64,000 bases of DNA from Podarcis melisellensis (taxonomy: Eukaryota): assembly GCA_964234715.1 (NCBI GenBank), contig OZ174280.1. The stretch is one strand, 5' to 3'. A model generated the notes under the pieces. The model did not search any database. It saw only the letters and a list, made by a program, of their open reading frames with translations, and was not told the origin of the DNA. Made by a program: the position numbers and the translations under genes. This document shows positions 62,524 through 64,000 of this stretch, one piece after another (the first letter of the stretch is position 1; each line of letters opens with the position of its first letter).

Positions 62524-64000
62524 GTAAGTTCTCTCTTGGGGAAACTCAAGAAACCATTCACAGAGTAGCACTGTTGTGCATGCAATGACATCATTTAGTT
62601 CTGGCCAAGACTTGTGCTACAAAATACGTTGCTGGATGGGATCAAACTGTAATTCTTAAAAGTCATGGCATAACATCAGAGCTGAAATATATTTGCTGTC
62701 CCCAAAAAGAGCAGAGGGATTTGGGGGTTAAGGGGTGCCTGTCAACATTGGAAAGATCACACACTGTGATAATGTGGCAGTATCTGGGGAACTGATAATT
62801 TTGGGTCATTTCATAAGACCAAACTGTGGAGGGTTTATGGGTGAGTAGATCTGGGCTGAGTTTGGAAAGTTGCAAAATGATTTTGTGATTATTTCATCAA
62901 ACCCCCCACATTTATCATACCACTACAAAGCTGATCCAAATGGCTGCTAGTAGCATATTCACCGTGCAATCCAAGAATGCTTTGATTACTTCAAAGTAAA
63001 TCACAGTGGTTTCAATGGATTGTAGCCCAAATGTGCCTCGGGTTATGAATTGAACACTTCATTGCATGCCAAACTCTGGTAGAATCAATTCAATGCACAT
63101 GTCCAAATTAGCAAGCTATGTAAAACCCAATTAAGCAATGCAGGGTATGAAGCACTGGTAACAAATTCCATTGCAGTGACAAAAGCAAAAACCAGCATTT
63201 AAACGCATCATTCAAAGCATCCACATCTGAAGCCTGATGTGAGCCTTGCAGTCAGGACCTGTCATTGCTGATAAGCTCAGTAAAGTTAAGTTAAGGAGGT
63301 GTTTCTGAGATATATAGTACCTTCTGTGATCTCCACATGCCTACCTGCCTAGATACTTGCAGATTTGTATGTAGCAGATTTTGTTTTACATTTCTCTACA
63401 GATTACATTGCATATTAAAAGTTTAAGAGCAATTTATAAGGCACTCCTATGAATGTTTACTTAGAAATAAGCCACACAGTGTTCAATGGAGCTTAATCTC
63501 AAAGAAGTGTGTCTAAGATTGCAACCTTAAACTTTTAAATAGTGAAATCAAGTACTTAAAATTCACTGAAACCAAATGTTGTTCTTGCCTTAACTCTGCT
63601 TCCCCATAGTGGCCAGTTGGGGCTTCTACGCTTAGGATAAAATTTCTTGCATAGAAGCCACATGTGGAAAGTTGGGTGAATCCCACATATAGCTTGTCAC
63701 ACATGTCTGTTTTACCATGAGTACCAAGTACAGGAGGCGCCAGTGGTGGCCTACTTCTGTCAGGCATATGCACATTAACAAAGTCGATGTGCATTCATTT
63801 ATCAGCAAGCTACATGCAGGATATGTGGCCTTGTGGGTAAGACATTTTGTCATGTCTGAAACTGGTTTTGGAGTTACTTTTTCTGCAGGACTGATATTAT
63901 AGCCATAGAGCAACAGACATACCAACTTGAAGCTCACTGACCCAACTCCATGATATAGGACAAACAGGGGCAACAAATGCATAATTTTTTGAAGTTGGCT

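Noticed and set aside
1-64000. CRISPR arrays, rRNA or prokaryotic operon-like systems
   Set aside because: The sequence is intron-rich vertebrate DNA; no repeat-spacer arrays or rRNA-like segments were seen.

Overview
Vertebrate genomic DNA, almost certainly from a squamate and probably a lacertid lizard. The basis is the repeat content: a full-length Sauria SINE, BovB/RTE, Penelope, L2, CR1 and lizard-type hAT/Tc1 MITEs. Three genes lie on the + strand. (1) STRIP1/FAM40A is complete, with 21 coding exons at 4834-22067 that I joined by hand into a phase-consistent 825-aa ORF. (2) An intronless UBL4B-like ubiquitin-like gene lies at 26566-27138. (3) SLC6A17 is partial: a CpG-island first exon ending near 40124 plus 8 coding exons at 51917-62523, with the gene continuing past the window. 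The first ~1.8 kb may be the 3' UTR of the upstream neighbour (AHCYL1 by mammalian synteny, not provable here). Main points of interest: ALX3, which lies between STRIP1 and UBL4B in mammals, is absent, although enhancer-like blocks may persist. A syntenic intronless UBL4B in a reptile challenges its description as a mammalian out-of-X retrogene; it has a CRE-like/CCAAT promoter and a consensus LC8/DYNLL motif (DKATQTE) in its tail. A perfect 152-bp spacer-less palindrome arises from a Penelope element folded back at its hammerhead-ribozyme stem II. A three-piece inverted/duplicated BovB insertion is nested in an L2. Gene and repeat family names come from recalled sequences, not database searches.
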